Positions 39,082 through 53,435 are shown, numbered from the whole stretch's first letter. The stretch: 63,500 nucleotides of DNA, filler included, from Choristocarpus tenellus KU-1152 (GCA_964200185.2; 11 parts of 11 records of this genome joined end to end with filler, not necessarily neighbours in it), one strand, 5' to 3'. A program made the numbers and translations. Notes: generated by a model not told the origin, from the sequence alone.

Positions 39082-39211
39082 TAGAGAGAGAGAGAGTGGG
39101 GGGGGGGGGGGGGAGGGAGGAGAGGACGAAGGCATTATGTCAAGGTTGGAAGGGTATAGGATGTGACAGGAGGGCCAGTAAAACAAAGTGGCAACATAAA
39201 TACTGCAACAT

Positions 39212-39242
<31 letters not shown>

Positions 39243-40184
39243 TCACTCTCTCATGACACAAAAAGGACACAAGACAGTGATTTCTCAAAATCATTAAACC
39301 TCTCTCACATTCGGCAAGATTTGAGTAGTAGGGGGGAGATGAGATCAGAGTGGTCAGCATGCTGAAGAACGTCTTAGGAAGGGTGGTTGTGGTCGGGTGA
39401 GGGGGGAGGGGTTGAGGGGTGCTCCTTTTTTTTATTAATTATTAAAGAAATGCAATATCATACGTTGTTTAGGCCGGGGTAGGGGCTGAAACCAGATTGG
39501 CTATCATGGACTTCTCATTGGGGTGAGTCCAAAACATACAACAATGTGCTTGAGAAAAACGACTCGAGAGTCTTCTGGTAGATGGAAGTAGAGAGAAGGA
39601 AAATATATATCGGAAGAAAAATATATCGGCAACTGGTTCTGGGGCATTCACCAACGATTGGAAACAACAGAGAAGGGAAATCTCACACCATAAAGCTAAT
39701 GGATGGCCTAAACATTACAGCAATAGCTTCTTTTGAACCCAGAGAAAGAAGGTCCTTCACTAGATAATTGCCGCCAATGCATCTACAACTTAAAAATACT
39801 TTATAGTGAAGGTAGACGTCTCACCACGGTGTGTCTCTCTTTGTGCGAGATTTTGCGTAACTGCCTAGAGGTGAAAACTAAAATCCGGCAAGGAAGGCGA
39901 GATGTAACGTACAGTTTTGACACTACGACGATCAAAATCTTCTCTATCCAAATTCCCAGCTCATGTGCAAATACAGACAGAATCACGAGATATCTTTAAA
40001 CCTACAAAAAACAAGGGCTTACCTCTTCCACCATGAGATCAGGGTTGCGGACCATGGCCGAGAACTCCCGGACCCTTTTCCTCTCCTTCTTATTCTTCTT
40101 AACCTCCTTCTTGCGCTGCGCCTTGCGGTAGGCGTCTGTCGGATTCATCTCCCGCTTCCCGCTACGGGTAGTAGTCCTCGCCAT
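38868..40184 (-). CDS. WBP11: WW-domain-binding protein 11, first two exons 40184-40023 and 38995-38868; 3' part missing
   Basis: MARTTTRSGKREMNPTDAYRKAQRKKEVKKNKKER (Wbp11 N-terminal motif), spliced in phase to VKKMEAQDAVGKL... Confidence 0.9.
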
Positions 40185-41663
40185 GGTTGTCGCTCAGCCC
40201 GAACCCCTATCAGGGAAGCAACGTCGGCTAATTGATAATTATTATCCAGTCTGGGATTCCTACCCCTCCCCCTGAGATCCAATCCCCCCCCTACAATCCC
40301 CAAAACCTACTCCCAATTTGTGTCAGTGAGGCAAGAGGATGGATGCACCCTTGCAACTTGCAATGGTGTATCAAATATAGTACAATAAGCTCTTCCCGAT
40401 CCCACAAAGCCGTCTACCGCATACAGCAATCTACAGTGACCACTTTGCGTACTTCCAAAGTTGATTGATGTCTTACAACCCTCGCCAAATTGAGATTCGA
40501 ACAGGTAAAACAGAGAGGATTCAACAAACGTTTCTGGTTGGATTGACCTTCCTCAAATCAACACACTATCAAACACAAAACATCGACACTACCCTAATCC
40601 TACGAAAACGCCTTATCATAGAATATGATGTCGACCTTAGTGTTGGCTCTCCACTAGAACGTGGCACCGCAAACTTTTGGCTTTTGGAAAGGACGCATCG
40701 CCTTCCGCGCGGCCCTTGCGACCCCGCAGGCGGTGCGTGCTAGGTAATTCGTATTTGCTTACCTCTAATCACCTTTCTTAAGTGACTATCAGGTGTTGGG
40801 TGAGGAAGCAACCCTACAGTTGTTCTACAAACCTTCCTCGATCTGCAAATTTTAATCTCAGTGTTGTGGGGCTAATGTCTTTGCTCTCGCCATTGAAGGC
40901 TTCGTCTTCCCAACTGTAATGGTCCAGCAAGTTCTGAATGTCGCCTTTAAAACTGTAGTCTGCGCGGCTAGGATAGTGACGCCCGGGGCCTGGTGCGGCC
41001 TTCAAGGCTTTCCCGAGGAGACGCCTTCTCCTTTGCCGATGCCGTTATATCATCATGCTTAGATTCGCATCTAATTCGTGCTTATCCCTATTGGCCTCTC
41101 CGTATGAGCCCTAGCTCACCCGTTTTCTCCGGCACAGACTCTTGAGAGCTTAATCAACATCCCCATTCACGTTCTTGTGTACTTGATTCTGACAAGACCT
41201 TTGTCACACCTTTGTTGCTCAACTTGTTCCCAGCGTCGTCCAAGTCACAAGTGAAACGTCACAGAGTTCTTGTGAGTGATTCCTTGAAAAAGAAGTACCT
41301 TTGGTGATTGCCTCAGGAAGGAAACGTTCATCCGATCACGTAGATGCGCCCTCTTGCCCTATTCACTTTTTGCACCCCTTGATGCAGACAGCACCTAAGA
41401 AACGTATACTGAGAGGTGCCCTGGAAGCGTGGAGTGGGTTGTCGAGTAAGTTCTGCTTTGTCGGCTAAGCCCATACTTTGCAGGTTGGTGGCACACGCTA
41501 AGCAGTGGCAGAGGAGAGTTCAGGTCTTGCGCTTCCGACGTTACACACTAAAGGAGAAACTCTCTGAACCAATTCCGTGGCAGGGATCCCTGTCGCACTG
41601 CAGACGGAACTTCTGTTGTGTGCAAGAGCTTGGCCCTGGATTGGGGGAGAGACAGTCTGATAG

Positions 41664-41891
<228 letters not shown>

Positions 41892-43862
41892 TAACCCTGA
41901 ATGGGACCTAAGTATGTAATCATGACAGGATCACCCCGAGTTTTTTGGCAGTCACTGCAGTGCTACATGTGGGACCCCCATGCGTCCTCTTGCCTTGGCA
42001 CTCTCTGATGTTTGAGATAATTCATGACCGTACAAACTAGAGTGCTTTTGGACTTGTAAAGAGTAAATTTGAGGTAACCTTTTGCTAGAGCCCAAACGTT
42101 AACCATTGACAACCATGGTTTGAACCCTTATTGGCATGCTGTGGTAGACAGATGTGGTGCACCCTTACCATGTTTGGCAAATTGATACCACTCTCCTGCA
42201 CATCTGTCTTTTCCCAGCCCCAACACCAAAACGTCATTCCTTCAGCGAGCCCTGGCACTGCTCCTTACTCCCTGCAACATGAAGGTGTTTTTTTCGTGAT
42301 GCAAAACGTTGAAATCATCCTGCGTGACACGTCATGCACCATACTTGGTAGATGCTTACATAATCCCTGCTAATTTAGGAAAGACCATCAATGTCTTCGC
42401 TCGCTTCGGAGGCGTTTTCTTGGGAGAGAGCTTTCCGATTTTTCTATATTGTTATTATTTGTCTGGTGCGATCGAGTCCGTGTGCTGTTTATACCATGAA
42501 GCCACCCCTACAGGTTTTGAGATGGTGTATCCACTCATGTGATTACCTTCAAACAAAATAATAACGCCAATTGTAATCACACTCGGAAGTGTCCTGTATG
42601 TTACCGGCACCGACTCTAATTCTCATGCTTCTGCTCGCTAAAATATGTCGTAATGCCTATGGCTCTTGATGCGCCGTTCTTCTGGGTTGTACAGGGTCAG
42701 AGTGAGAGCCGTAAGCCCCAAATGTTAAGCTCGATGTTACGCTGACTCTAACCAGCTCTATCTGACTGTTGTGATCAGCTTTCAATATCGCGCGTCTGCT
42801 CGCCGGCTCGCGTATTGTTTGTTTGTAATGTGCAGCAATCTCCCTGTGTTCTACGAAGTAGGTACCCCCCACCCCCTTTTTTTATATACAAAAAGGTGTC
42901 TAAAATGATGTTCACGAGATTGCCTACCCAGGACCAATTGCCGCATATCATCAGTATCGACAACATTGATAAGTTATCTAACCCGTCTATGATGGGATCA
43001 AATCTTTTGCAAGAGGAGCAACTGGGAGAAGCGTTGCATTTGATCCACATCGACTTTATTTAGCATTTGCTGAACTTCATCAATCTCTCCCTAACCCTCG
43101 AATGAACTGACCTGTAAAATAATTAGATAATACACCCCCCCCGGCAAAGGTAAAATCTTACGTCAGATCTGAATTCGGATGAAAGGAATAAAAAAAAAGA
43201 GAGAGAGAGACCAGATCGTTTCCCTCGCACGCCTCCATATCACCTGTGTGCGACCTCTTTGTTGTCTCGAAAAATTGCGAGTTCAATCTTGTCTGTTTGC
43301 AGGCAGTTTCAATCGTTGTGTTTAAAGAAATATATATATATATATAAACATGTAAATTTAAATTTAAATTGTGTATTCTTGATACTTGCATGCGTGCGTG
43401 CGTGCCCAAGGATGAATGCATCAGTGAATTTTTTGCATATGACGGGATGGTACTGGTGAAGAAATGCTCACATTTTTGTTTTTCTTCTGAAATTTTGGTC
43501 AATTTTGTATTTTTATTTTTTATTTTTTTATGTAATCGTTATTTAAACGAGAGCGTGTGTATATACGTATCTGGGTATCTAGGCAACAAACGCACTTTTC
43601 GTTTGAAATTACATAATAATAATAATAATAAGTAAATTATATAATATAATCGTTTTGTTCTTTCGGAATTGTGTAATCCACTTCCCCTGTTCATCGCTGG
43701 TTTAAAAATAAAAAAATAAAAAAAACAGATCTGCGAGTGAACGCTGTTAAAAAAAATACCACAACACGACGGGCATGGGTATTTATTTATCGGATAGATA
43801 TTCATCGCAAGCACCGCCTTCCTGACTGAGTTCCTTAGGAATTGTTCGCAGCCAGTGGTGGG

Positions 43863-43962
43863 NNNNNNNNNNNNNNNNNNNNNNNNNNNNNNNNNNNNNN
43901 NNNNNNTTAATTAATTAANNNNNNNNNNNNNNNNNNNNNNNNNNNNNNNNNNNNNNNNNNNN
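43863..43962. other. Artificial contig linker
   Basis: N44-TTAATTAATTAA-N44. Confidence 0.97.
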
Positions 43963-46900
43963 TGTCCTGGCGACGCATCTCACTAATAATACTACGACTT
44001 ACTACATCACGTGGGGCCAGCTGCGTGGGTAGGTGAGCACAAAAAAAAAAAGATGGCAAAAAAGGTGGAAGAGATTTACCAGATTTTATTATTATTTTAC
44101 TTACGAGCAAAAGAAAAAGAAATTTGTTCCTGCTACATATGTGCTGGTTGCTAGAGAGCTATCCTTATCCCATCGTGTGTACATACCACCAAAATTTTTA
44201 AAGCGATTCAATGGAGACTCAACTCCTCTGTATGGCAGTACTGCTTGGGCGAAAATTAGCTTGGGAAAACACACACCCTGTACTCAAATCATTGCAAAAA
44301 GGAATCTAACTTCACCTATGACACCAAAGTCCACTCATCTCCCTGCCCAACACCTCACTGCACCTACAAATCACCACTCTCACCACCAGACCCTCAAAAC
44401 CCCCAAAGAACCCTCCTCCACACTCCCTTTTGAGTCTCACCTCTCCATTGGGGTGGTAATCCTTAGCAAACTCCCTTCCATGTGCATCCACCAACCTAGC
44501 CCCCTCCCCTCTCAACGCCTCCGTAAGGAGAAAACTCCGCTCCCCCACCCTCTCAGGAATGAATAGCGTTGTGGGATGGAACTGGACATATTCCATGTTT
44601 GACAGTTCAGCACCCGCACGAAGGGCGATGGCAAATCCAGCACCCCTAGAACTAGCAGGGTTGGAAGTGTGAGCATAGAGGTCACCCAACCCCCCAGTGG
44701 CTAGGACGGTCGCAGGAGCCAGTATAGTTTCAATGCGTGTGGTTTTGTCAAGGCTGCTGCTATTCCGGCCACTCTTGGGGTCCTGTTTGAATGCAACGTA
44801 AGGTGGATTGGGGTGTGGGGTGTGAAGGTAATGCAAAGGGTGTGACACCTGACACACACACACAGAGCGTCTATAAAGTTTTCACACTTGTTGCTCCCCT
44901 AGGAATTTTCTCGAGTTGATTTTCCTCTTCCTTACCATGGGGGTTACTAACACACCACTTAAAGTATATCTAACCTGGGCAGGATGTGTACAGTTGGAAG
45001 TACTAGGTATAACAGTGTTGTATCCTTATGTGTAATGTACCATGATCAAAACACTCACCATCAAAGTCAGAAAAACAATATCAAACTACCACAATCTTTC
45101 TTAAATTGATATTGTTGTAGAAATGTACGCCGCTATCCTTTCCTCAATTGATCCTTCACGGAGTCAAGTGCCAAGAACCACAACACAACAACCCCTTTTA
45201 CTGCCCCTTTAACATACATCTCAGCCAAAAAAAATGCGTGAACAGCATCTTCAACAACACAAGAACCACAACTCAAGAACAATTTTTCGCTACATCCTCA
45301 ACTCGCACCTCAAACTAAAATTTTCCGAAAGATCAACGCCTACTCCTTCCTTCAAACCCTAACCCTCAACTCTTTGAACCTCAATTACCTCGATGAGTAC
45401 ATGAGCTCCCACACACTGCACCGTCTCCTGGCCCGTGTTGTAGTCATGGGTATTGAATCTTGCAAATGACGATAAAGACAGTGCCAGATCAACAGCAGTA
45501 GCAGATGTCACCACATGAATATTTGGGTGCGCTATTGCAGCAGCTTGCACAGATTCAGTGATGGCCTTTCCAGTCTGGTCTTGCCAATGAAGAATGCGGG
45601 GGCGGCTGTGTGAGGCTTCAAGGCACAGCGCTAACTCACCCTCCATGTTTCTGTCAAAGGGAACCTGCAGATTTAGGAGGCATGTGAGAGAAGAAAATAA
45701 GACAGATGCCACATTTGTCCGAACATTCCAACTTGGGCATTACACACCAAAATAGCGATGCAAAGAGGAGGAATTAAACTCGATTTTCAAGTCAGGGATA
45801 CAGCCAAAAAGATCCTTTTCTATTCCATTTCATTTCCCAAATCTAGGATGCCCTGACTCGGTGGTCCTTACAAAAATGATATACCCTTTCCTGTCATAAA
45901 AAAGGAGTGGAATATGATGAAAACATGAAACTTCAAATAATGAAAATGAACATGCTATCTATACAACTTAAGAGGACCCTACCGTAGCAGGGCCCTTGAG
46001 AAGGAGCTCCTCCACCCTGGAAGGCCCGTCAACAGCCAACTTCATCACAGCTTGGTGGTCACAAATGCCTGCTCCAGCAGCATGCACATCTGATGCTAGT
46101 AACTCTGGGGTGTCATCCTGAAAGTCAACATTTGCAGGCAGTGGGCAAACGGCATGACAACTTGAAAGTGGAGTTGTATCACATTTCCCTTCATGAATCG
46201 ACCCTTCAACTCGAATGAGGTGAGGGTGATACCACTCCACTGTGTCGACAAAATACATGCCAGTATACAGTATACACTTCTTATTTATTGCACCACATCA
46301 GGCAGTCGAAGTCATCTATAGCAAAGACATTGTTGCATGCTCTGTTGGACAAGAAACAGCCATCAGATATGCATTCACACATCATGGCAAACTTTGATCT
46401 AACCCTAACCCTATATCCTCACGGGGTTGATATTTCCGGCTCTCGAGACTTAGTGCAACGCCTGAACATGTAAGTAAGGGAGAGAGGGAAGTATACAGCG
46501 GAAAATCAGGTGGGTAAATTTGCTACAGGCACACAACACAAGACACTCAAATCACAGATTCTTCAAAAGAAATGAGCAACAGAATAGACTCTTCATCACC
46601 TGCGCCGGCATCAATGGTTCCAAATTGAAAGCACACATATCCATCCTTCCCTAACCCTAAAATGATGTACATTTTTTTTTTTAAATGTTAGATTATCACA
46701 GAAGTAAGTAGGTGTTATTACTGAGTAATGAAGTGGAGAGATAACACACAGCAGGGCAATTGAAACCCACCTCAGATCGGTAAATGATACCACCCTGCGC
46801 CCAGTAGGAGTTGCAATCGGAGGTGTCAGCCGAGGAGCTCAGCATTGTCACATGCATTCCCGCCTTTGCGGCCTTGAGGGCAGCAGACGCACCAGCCACG

Positions 46901-47906
46901 CCACAGCCCAGTACAAGGAGGTCTGTGTTGAAGTCTGGCCGTTTACTTCTAAGAAAACAAAACAAAACCCCACAGAGTTAGAAGGCGCGATTATTTAGTG
47001 TCTTGGTTTACAGTGAGACAAAGTAAGCAGAGCAGTTCACCTCTGAAATAAGCACAAAAGCATGTTGAGAAACACTGGCACCAGGGCAACTATTGTATCT
47101 TATTTTATAGGACCAGGAGTTCAAAAAGTCACAATTCCTGTAGAAATGTGGGAACATGAGCAATAAAAACCATGGGCAGGCTTGATCTCACCCTTTCCAG
47201 TTTGTGGGGGCAACAGAGTTACACCTACTATTCCATAAATTCTGCAAATTCTAAAATTATGGAGAACAGCATTTTCCCCAATGTGCTATAAAATGCAGAG
47301 ATATATTATTAGGCACGAGAATATGTATTTTACGTATGTTTGACATGCACAGAGAGCTGTAGGTGATGAAAACTGCAAGTGGACAAATAAAATCTACCAC
47401 AACACCTAAGAAAAATCTACCTCGGTGGAAACCCATCAGTACCGCAATCATCACTGTTGATACTTGTACAATGAAAGGAGATGAGAACAACTCCCAACCC
47501 CTGCAATCACATGGTACGCTAAATGTAGTAACACTAAAGACAACTCTCAAGCCAAGTTCACAACAATACCATGGTAAAAATTCAACAACCACAATCGGTG
47601 CCTTCGTGGTTGAGCAAAGCGTGGTTCTCACAGTCAACTCAATTCATTCACTCACATTACCGGTGTGGTGCTGACAGGCTTGAAGGGAGGCAGCAATTCC
47701 ACGGAATCCATGCTGAGGGGCTGCATGGATGATGAGGGCTGTGATACGCTTGTCTTCTGCACACTGCTGCCAGAGAAGAGTTCACGAGTAGCCGTCGCTG
47801 TACCCTCAACAAGGCAGGATCGACGGTTGAGGTTGCGAGCTACACCTCTAGCAATGCCCCTGAGGATTTTGAGTGATGCTCTTGGTGTTGTCGTACCCAC
47901 AGCCAT
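43963..47906 (-). CDS. nadB: L-aspartate oxidase, 5' part; exons 47906(or 47912)-47656, 46948-46771, 46117-45983, 45664-45389, 44782-44441, 44020-contig end
   Basis: DLLVLGCGVAG, NSYWAQGGI, AGAGICD, LEASHSRPRILH..DQTG, VLATGGLG, MEYVQFHPT, LLTEALRGEGA, ELAPRDVVSR; phases consistent at all GT-AG junctions. Confidence 0.93.
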
Positions 47907-49840
47907 GGTCATGATTTCACAATGAACCCTGCTACTGTGATGATGAGGATTTCTCTGCCCTGTCGATAGTGTACCCACGGGAACCTTGTTGGACCTTGAC
48001 CGGTTCAATCAGGTTTGCCGTGGGTTCCGATGCGGTCGACTGGTCTGTCAAAAATAGTGTGTGTGTAGAGGGTATAATCATGTGCGTCAGAGAATTTAAG
48101 GTTGAGTTGGGAGAAAGGCAGAGTGACCGAAGTGAACTTCAATTCTAGAAGTATTCAGAAGACAGCGATAATATTCCAAGAACTAAATGTTTCAAATCCT
48201 GCTGCATTTGTGCTGCACCCAAAGAAATCTGGTAGTGTATGTTCGAAAAATGGGCACGTACGTCTCCGATCCGATTCTCACCTAATCAGAGGAGGTCCAC
48301 CTAAATATCCTCTACCAGGTTCTATCCCGCTCGTTCTCGAAGAGGCTAAACCAGGCTTTTCTCTAGCCTGAGCGCAACAATGAGCTATACTACAATAGAA
48401 ATATAGCGTTGGATTCAAGCCAACGATTCACCAGGCTGTGCAGTTAGAGAAGGTATCCGGTCTGAGTGCCGAACTGGGATAGTGTTAGAAGGCAGCAGGT
48501 AGAGGAGGGAGGCTTGGTGTTAGAGTGGCATTGAGACAACTGTCAATGGGATATAAAGACCTTTCACCGTATCACTGACTTGATCAGATCATCTTGCAAC
48601 TACTATGGATCGACATACAACTTATGTAGGTTTCGTCTTCTTCTCGTGAACGGACAGCAGTTTGAACAATCTCATTTGGCGTCTCTGCAAGTACGTGTTG
48701 CTTCCTCCTTGTAAGCCCACTAACCCAGAAAAAAACACGTGTTTTGCCGACAGCGTACAATGAATACTCCCCTTTGATGCCCTTTGCAATAATTTGTTTT
48801 CACATATTGTGCTATGACTCCCTTAAAAAATTCATGAGGTAAATGGTTGTCAGTCACGGATAGATAACTCCGCAACTGCAAGTCTAATCTAGTACGAGAG
48901 ACAAGTTCAGTGAGGACTCACTCCTTAGATGGATGCCACAAACTAGAAAAAGAGAAGATCTTTCACTTCGAACGCGCCAGAATACTAGTTGGATAAATGA
49001 GACAGCCACAGCAGCTTCGCTTCACAATTACAGCCAGAGACACAATCGTTCCTGTGATCCCAAGTGATACATTGCCACAATCTCACCTTCTTGTTGAAAC
49101 TCCAGCTAGCCTTGGCGACCATCGCCTATCAGTCAATTCAAGTGTACTCTCTTGAACTCCAGGGCTATCGTACAGGTACAGGTTATTTCACTTAACAAGT
49201 CTTCGTTCTGTCTCGGACCTTCGACCTGAACTTGTGAACTTCTAGCAAAGTGCGAAATGGTTTTGAGGAGTGAGCAACGAAAGGCATGAATTGAACCACG
49301 TCACAATAAACATCATTTGTATTAGATAATACATACACAACTATATTTTTTCTATTCTACATACACTACATCACAAAGACAGTTCAAAAGAGAAGATACA
49401 CAGCACAAAAATACACAGCACAAAAATACACAAAGAAAACAACTCATAAATATTCGTTATTTTTTCAAACTACGGACCAATCACACGCCCAACTCTCCAG
49501 TTCAGGACATACATACTACATACATACACAATGCATCAATAATGTTCCTATCACATTGTACCGAGAGAACAAGGTCAAAATACAACAACAGTAGCAGTAG
49601 CCCAAAGTGTGGCATCGGTGGTCGTGGAGCCCAGGTTCATCATCTCCAGCAGTATCAAGACCAATCCTCTTGACTTTGCAATGTTTGCGGAACATTACTG
49701 TGGACAAAAGTAGGCTATTGGTCATCGGGGTCAGTTTGGTGGGTTATTTTCCGGAAAGTTGTGGCGACATTGTACCACAACACGAGGTACTTGGACTGTT
49801 GTAGGTGTTTATGTTATTTTCTAATGGGCAATAACAAATT

Positions 49841-50525
49841 ATGCCCCCGACAGAAGCAATTGATTGCGTTGTAGTTGGTGCGGGTGTTATCGGTATCGCC
49901 GTTGCCCGCGCGCTGGCGCTGAGGGGGAGGCAGGTTTTGGTGTGCGAGAGAGAATCTAAGGTCGGTCAGGGGATCACGTCAAGGAGCTCGGAGGTTATCC
50001 ATGCAGGAATCTACTATCCTAGGGGAAGCCTGAAGGCCAGCCTTTGCGTCCGTGGGAGGGAGGATCTGTATCGGTTCTGCGAGGAACGCTCGGTTGCACA
50101 TAAGCGATGCGGGAAGCTTCTCGTTGCTGCATCAGCACAGGAGCGTGCCCGATTACGAGAAATATCCGCGTCAGCCCAAGCGAACGGTGTGAAAGATTTA
50201 CGATGGATCGACAGGTCGGAGGCCCACGAAATGGAGCCTGATGTTCGATGTGACAGTGTAAGCTCCCCTGTGAAGTGACTTGTGTTCGTCGACCAGTAGA
50301 CCACGCATCGGCACTTGGTGCAAGACTCCGAAGCCTTCCTTGCTCAACAAGTCGTGTTCAATAAGTGAGACTATGTTTTCAAATCTTATCCTTCAGGCAT
50401 TGCTCTCGCCCAGCACTGGTATCGTGGACAGTCATGGACTTGTCCTAGCTCTTCAGGGGGAGGCGGAGGCCCATGGTACGGAGGTTTGCCTCAATACACC
50501 AGTCATCGGAGCCACAGTTTTGCCT
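49841..50525 (+). CDS. L2HGDH: L-2-hydroxyglutarate dehydrogenase/LhgO-like FAD oxidoreductase; exons 49841-50257 and 50397-50525; 3' exons not found
   Basis: [57 protein letters not shown]. Confidence 0.88.
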
Positions 50526-51991
50526 GTGAGTACTAAACCGATACACAACACTTGCGACGTGCTGTTTGTCCTATGTATAAAGTTGTTTTGCTCTTTCAGA
50601 TCCATACTTGCGAGTGTTTCCAAGTCAAGTCTGCTTCTTTCCCCTCATTGCCAGCTAGGTAACGTACAAACATTGCATACTATCAGCACCCAGCCACAAA
50701 GAACCTCAAGTTGGATGTTAAGAAGTACTGGATTATAACGGGTGTATGTATTGGCCTCGGGGATTTCCATCAATCATAATAAGAGGTTTGAAGGACTTAG
50801 AGAGGACAGGGTGAAGTAAAGGTAGTACCTAAATGAGCTCCAATGATGTGGGATTCATATGGATGACTTGCTGCTTTACGCCTACTTTATCTCTATCTAG
50901 ATGTGTGCGATGTGGATCAGGGTCATCTTGACTAATGGCAACTTGCTAGAGCAAGTGATCTCGTTGATCATACCTCCCTTATGTGCGGAATCCAAGCCCC
51001 CTTCCCTTCCCCCTCTACCATTTAGCCGACCCCCCTCTCCCATTCAGCCAACTGTTGACCTCACCACACTGATGAACTAGAATTGTCAGAGGATAGCTGA
51101 CCTGTACCCCGTCCTGGCGATACAACTCCACTTACTAGAACATTTGTGTGCTGCAGTCCATGTTCAGAGACAAGGCCTTGCTTCATGCATATGAAGGTTT
51201 CCTAGTATATTGGAAGCATTACCTTTTTTGCTGTTTTCAAACTGGTCAACTGCTGCATTTATGCGTGGTGTGGAAGAGATTTCCCTCCCCCCGAGGCCCT
51301 ATATATGCTTACACTACACACTTTTAAAACTTACGATGTTGGCAGTCGCCTCTAGGACAGGATTTGTTCTGCTCTAACCTTTGATCGGAGTGGAGTTTTT
51401 CGTCAATATAAAGCTTGATGTGATCCTTGAATCACTCCTAACATTACTAGATGGGTTGGAGTTGGTTGTGGTGCGATGGGCGAGAGGACAATTTTCCTCA
51501 CTAAAATCAAGTGATTTACTCACTAATATCATGTTACTTGAACATCCATCCGTCCATTGTCCAGTATATGCCTTGGAGGGCTGTTTCTCCTCTCCCAATA
51601 CGGGTTTTTCCACGGGAGAAGAAGAGTTGTGATGCTCCATGTCTCACCTGTCTGTGTGTAATCCTAAACTCTTCATTGTTATTGCAGCTCCACTGTTACA
51701 CGCCTAAAAGTTCGCCAGACACCAGCCAGACACCAGCCAGCCAGCCAGCCAGCCGTCATCATCATCATCATTGAGCAGCTTGGTCAAGAATACATGTTCT
51801 ACGTCGTAGTCATGACCCCTCTTTGATTTCTTGTTCCACAGTGATAGACTGGTCCACTCCATCGAGCGTGAGTCCCCCCCTTGACAAGGCAAGGCAATCA
51901 CCAGCGTGTGTACAGTGTGTATCCTCTACCCAACCTCTTCCTTTGACTTCTTTGAAACTTGAAGTCCGGAGGTAGAGACCGCACCACGATA

Positions 51992-52054
51992 TACAGCATA
52001 CAGCATACAGCATACAGCATACAGTATACAGCATACAGTATACAGCATACAGCA
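51992..52054. repeat. Heptamer microsatellite (CAGYATA)n
   Basis: About 9 units. Confidence 0.9.
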
Positions 52055-52771
52055 TGTCCTTCTCGACAGAGGGTCTTCCGCAGCCATCGTGGCGAGTTCT
52101 GCGTGGACACTCCACACGGTAGTGAGCTCTGTGTGTGAAGGTTAAGGTCTGAAAGTCTCGACTCACACTAGAGGGTGTTTGCAGGAATTTGACTGTCTAG
52201 GTCAGGTCATCTTGATTGATTTTCGAGGTGATGTAAGGCGAGTTGATTGGTGGATCAGTGTATCAAAGGACTAGATGTTGAGATCGTAGTCGGTTAGTTC
52301 ATTTGCCGCGAAGATTTCCTTTTGAAAAAAAAATAATATTGATATGATCTTGAGCGATTTTTGTTGTTGTTGTTGTTGGCAATTCAACTGAACCTTTCGG
52401 CGTTTACTAACTCAACACATAGGTAATTTGCCACTGGATTTCTTCGTGCCAATCAACTAACTGACTATCATCTCAGCTTTATTTTGATATGCTGGTTGTC
52501 GATCAACTCGCCTTACATCACCTCAAAATTAATCAAGGCCGGTCTGATCCTGGAGGTGACTGACTGCCAACACCGGACATTACTTTATATTTTTTTATTA
52601 TGTAATGTTTTTTTTCTTGTGTATTTTTTGGGGGGACCAACAAAGTTGACAGGACCGTCTCGCAGAAGGAAAATAGATAAAATAAAACGTAGATTGGAGG
52701 GGTGCGATCCATAGTTAAGAAAGGGATTCTAACATTGATACAGTTGCCTATGCATGTATGTAAAGTCTTTG

Positions 52772-52903
52772 TGCATATAGCGTATACATATAGTGTGTAC
52801 ATATAGTATGTGCATATAGTGTGTACATATAGTGTATGCATATAGTATGTGCATATAGTGTGTACATGTAGTTGTGCATAGTGTACATACAGTGTGTACA
52901 TAG
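52772..52903. repeat. Degenerate (TATAGTRTGTRCA)-like low-complexity repeat
   Basis: Alternating catatagtgtgta/catatagtatgtg units. Confidence 0.75.
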
Positions 52904-53155
52904 AGTATAATATATAAATTAACAGTAAATACGCACTACTGGCTCAGATGGTCTCAAATGTATTTTTTTGTATATTTACATACATACATACATACAGGCT
53001 ACTGTTGGATTGAATTGTTGATTAATTTTTCTTTTTTTGTTCATATGGTGTGTTTCCTACACCTATTGGCGTGAATGGAAGCTTAAATCAGTACAGCAGA
53101 TTGAACCATACCTTGGTTATTTGTCCTTTGTGTACATATGTGAGACTGTTGCTAT

Positions 53156-53435
53156 GTACTAGACATATCATGACATTACACTCTTTGATGATAGCGTACT
53201 AGATATATCATGACCTTACACACTTTGATGGCAGTGTACTAGACATATCATGACATTACACTCTTAGATGATAGTGTTCTAGACATATCATGACATCACA
53301 CGCTTTGGTGATAGAGTACTACTAGACATATCATGACCTTACACTCTTTGATGATAGTGTACTAGACATATCATGACATTACACTCTTAGATGATAGTGT
53401 TCTAGACACATCATGACATTACACTCTTTGATAGT
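53156..53435. repeat. 40-bp minisatellite, ~7 copies
   Basis: gtactagacatatcatgacattacactctttgatgatagt repeated head to tail. Confidence 0.95.

Noticed and set aside
51374-51640. Minus-strand Ser-rich ORF as a nested gene
   Set aside because: No recognisable domain and no consistent splice partners
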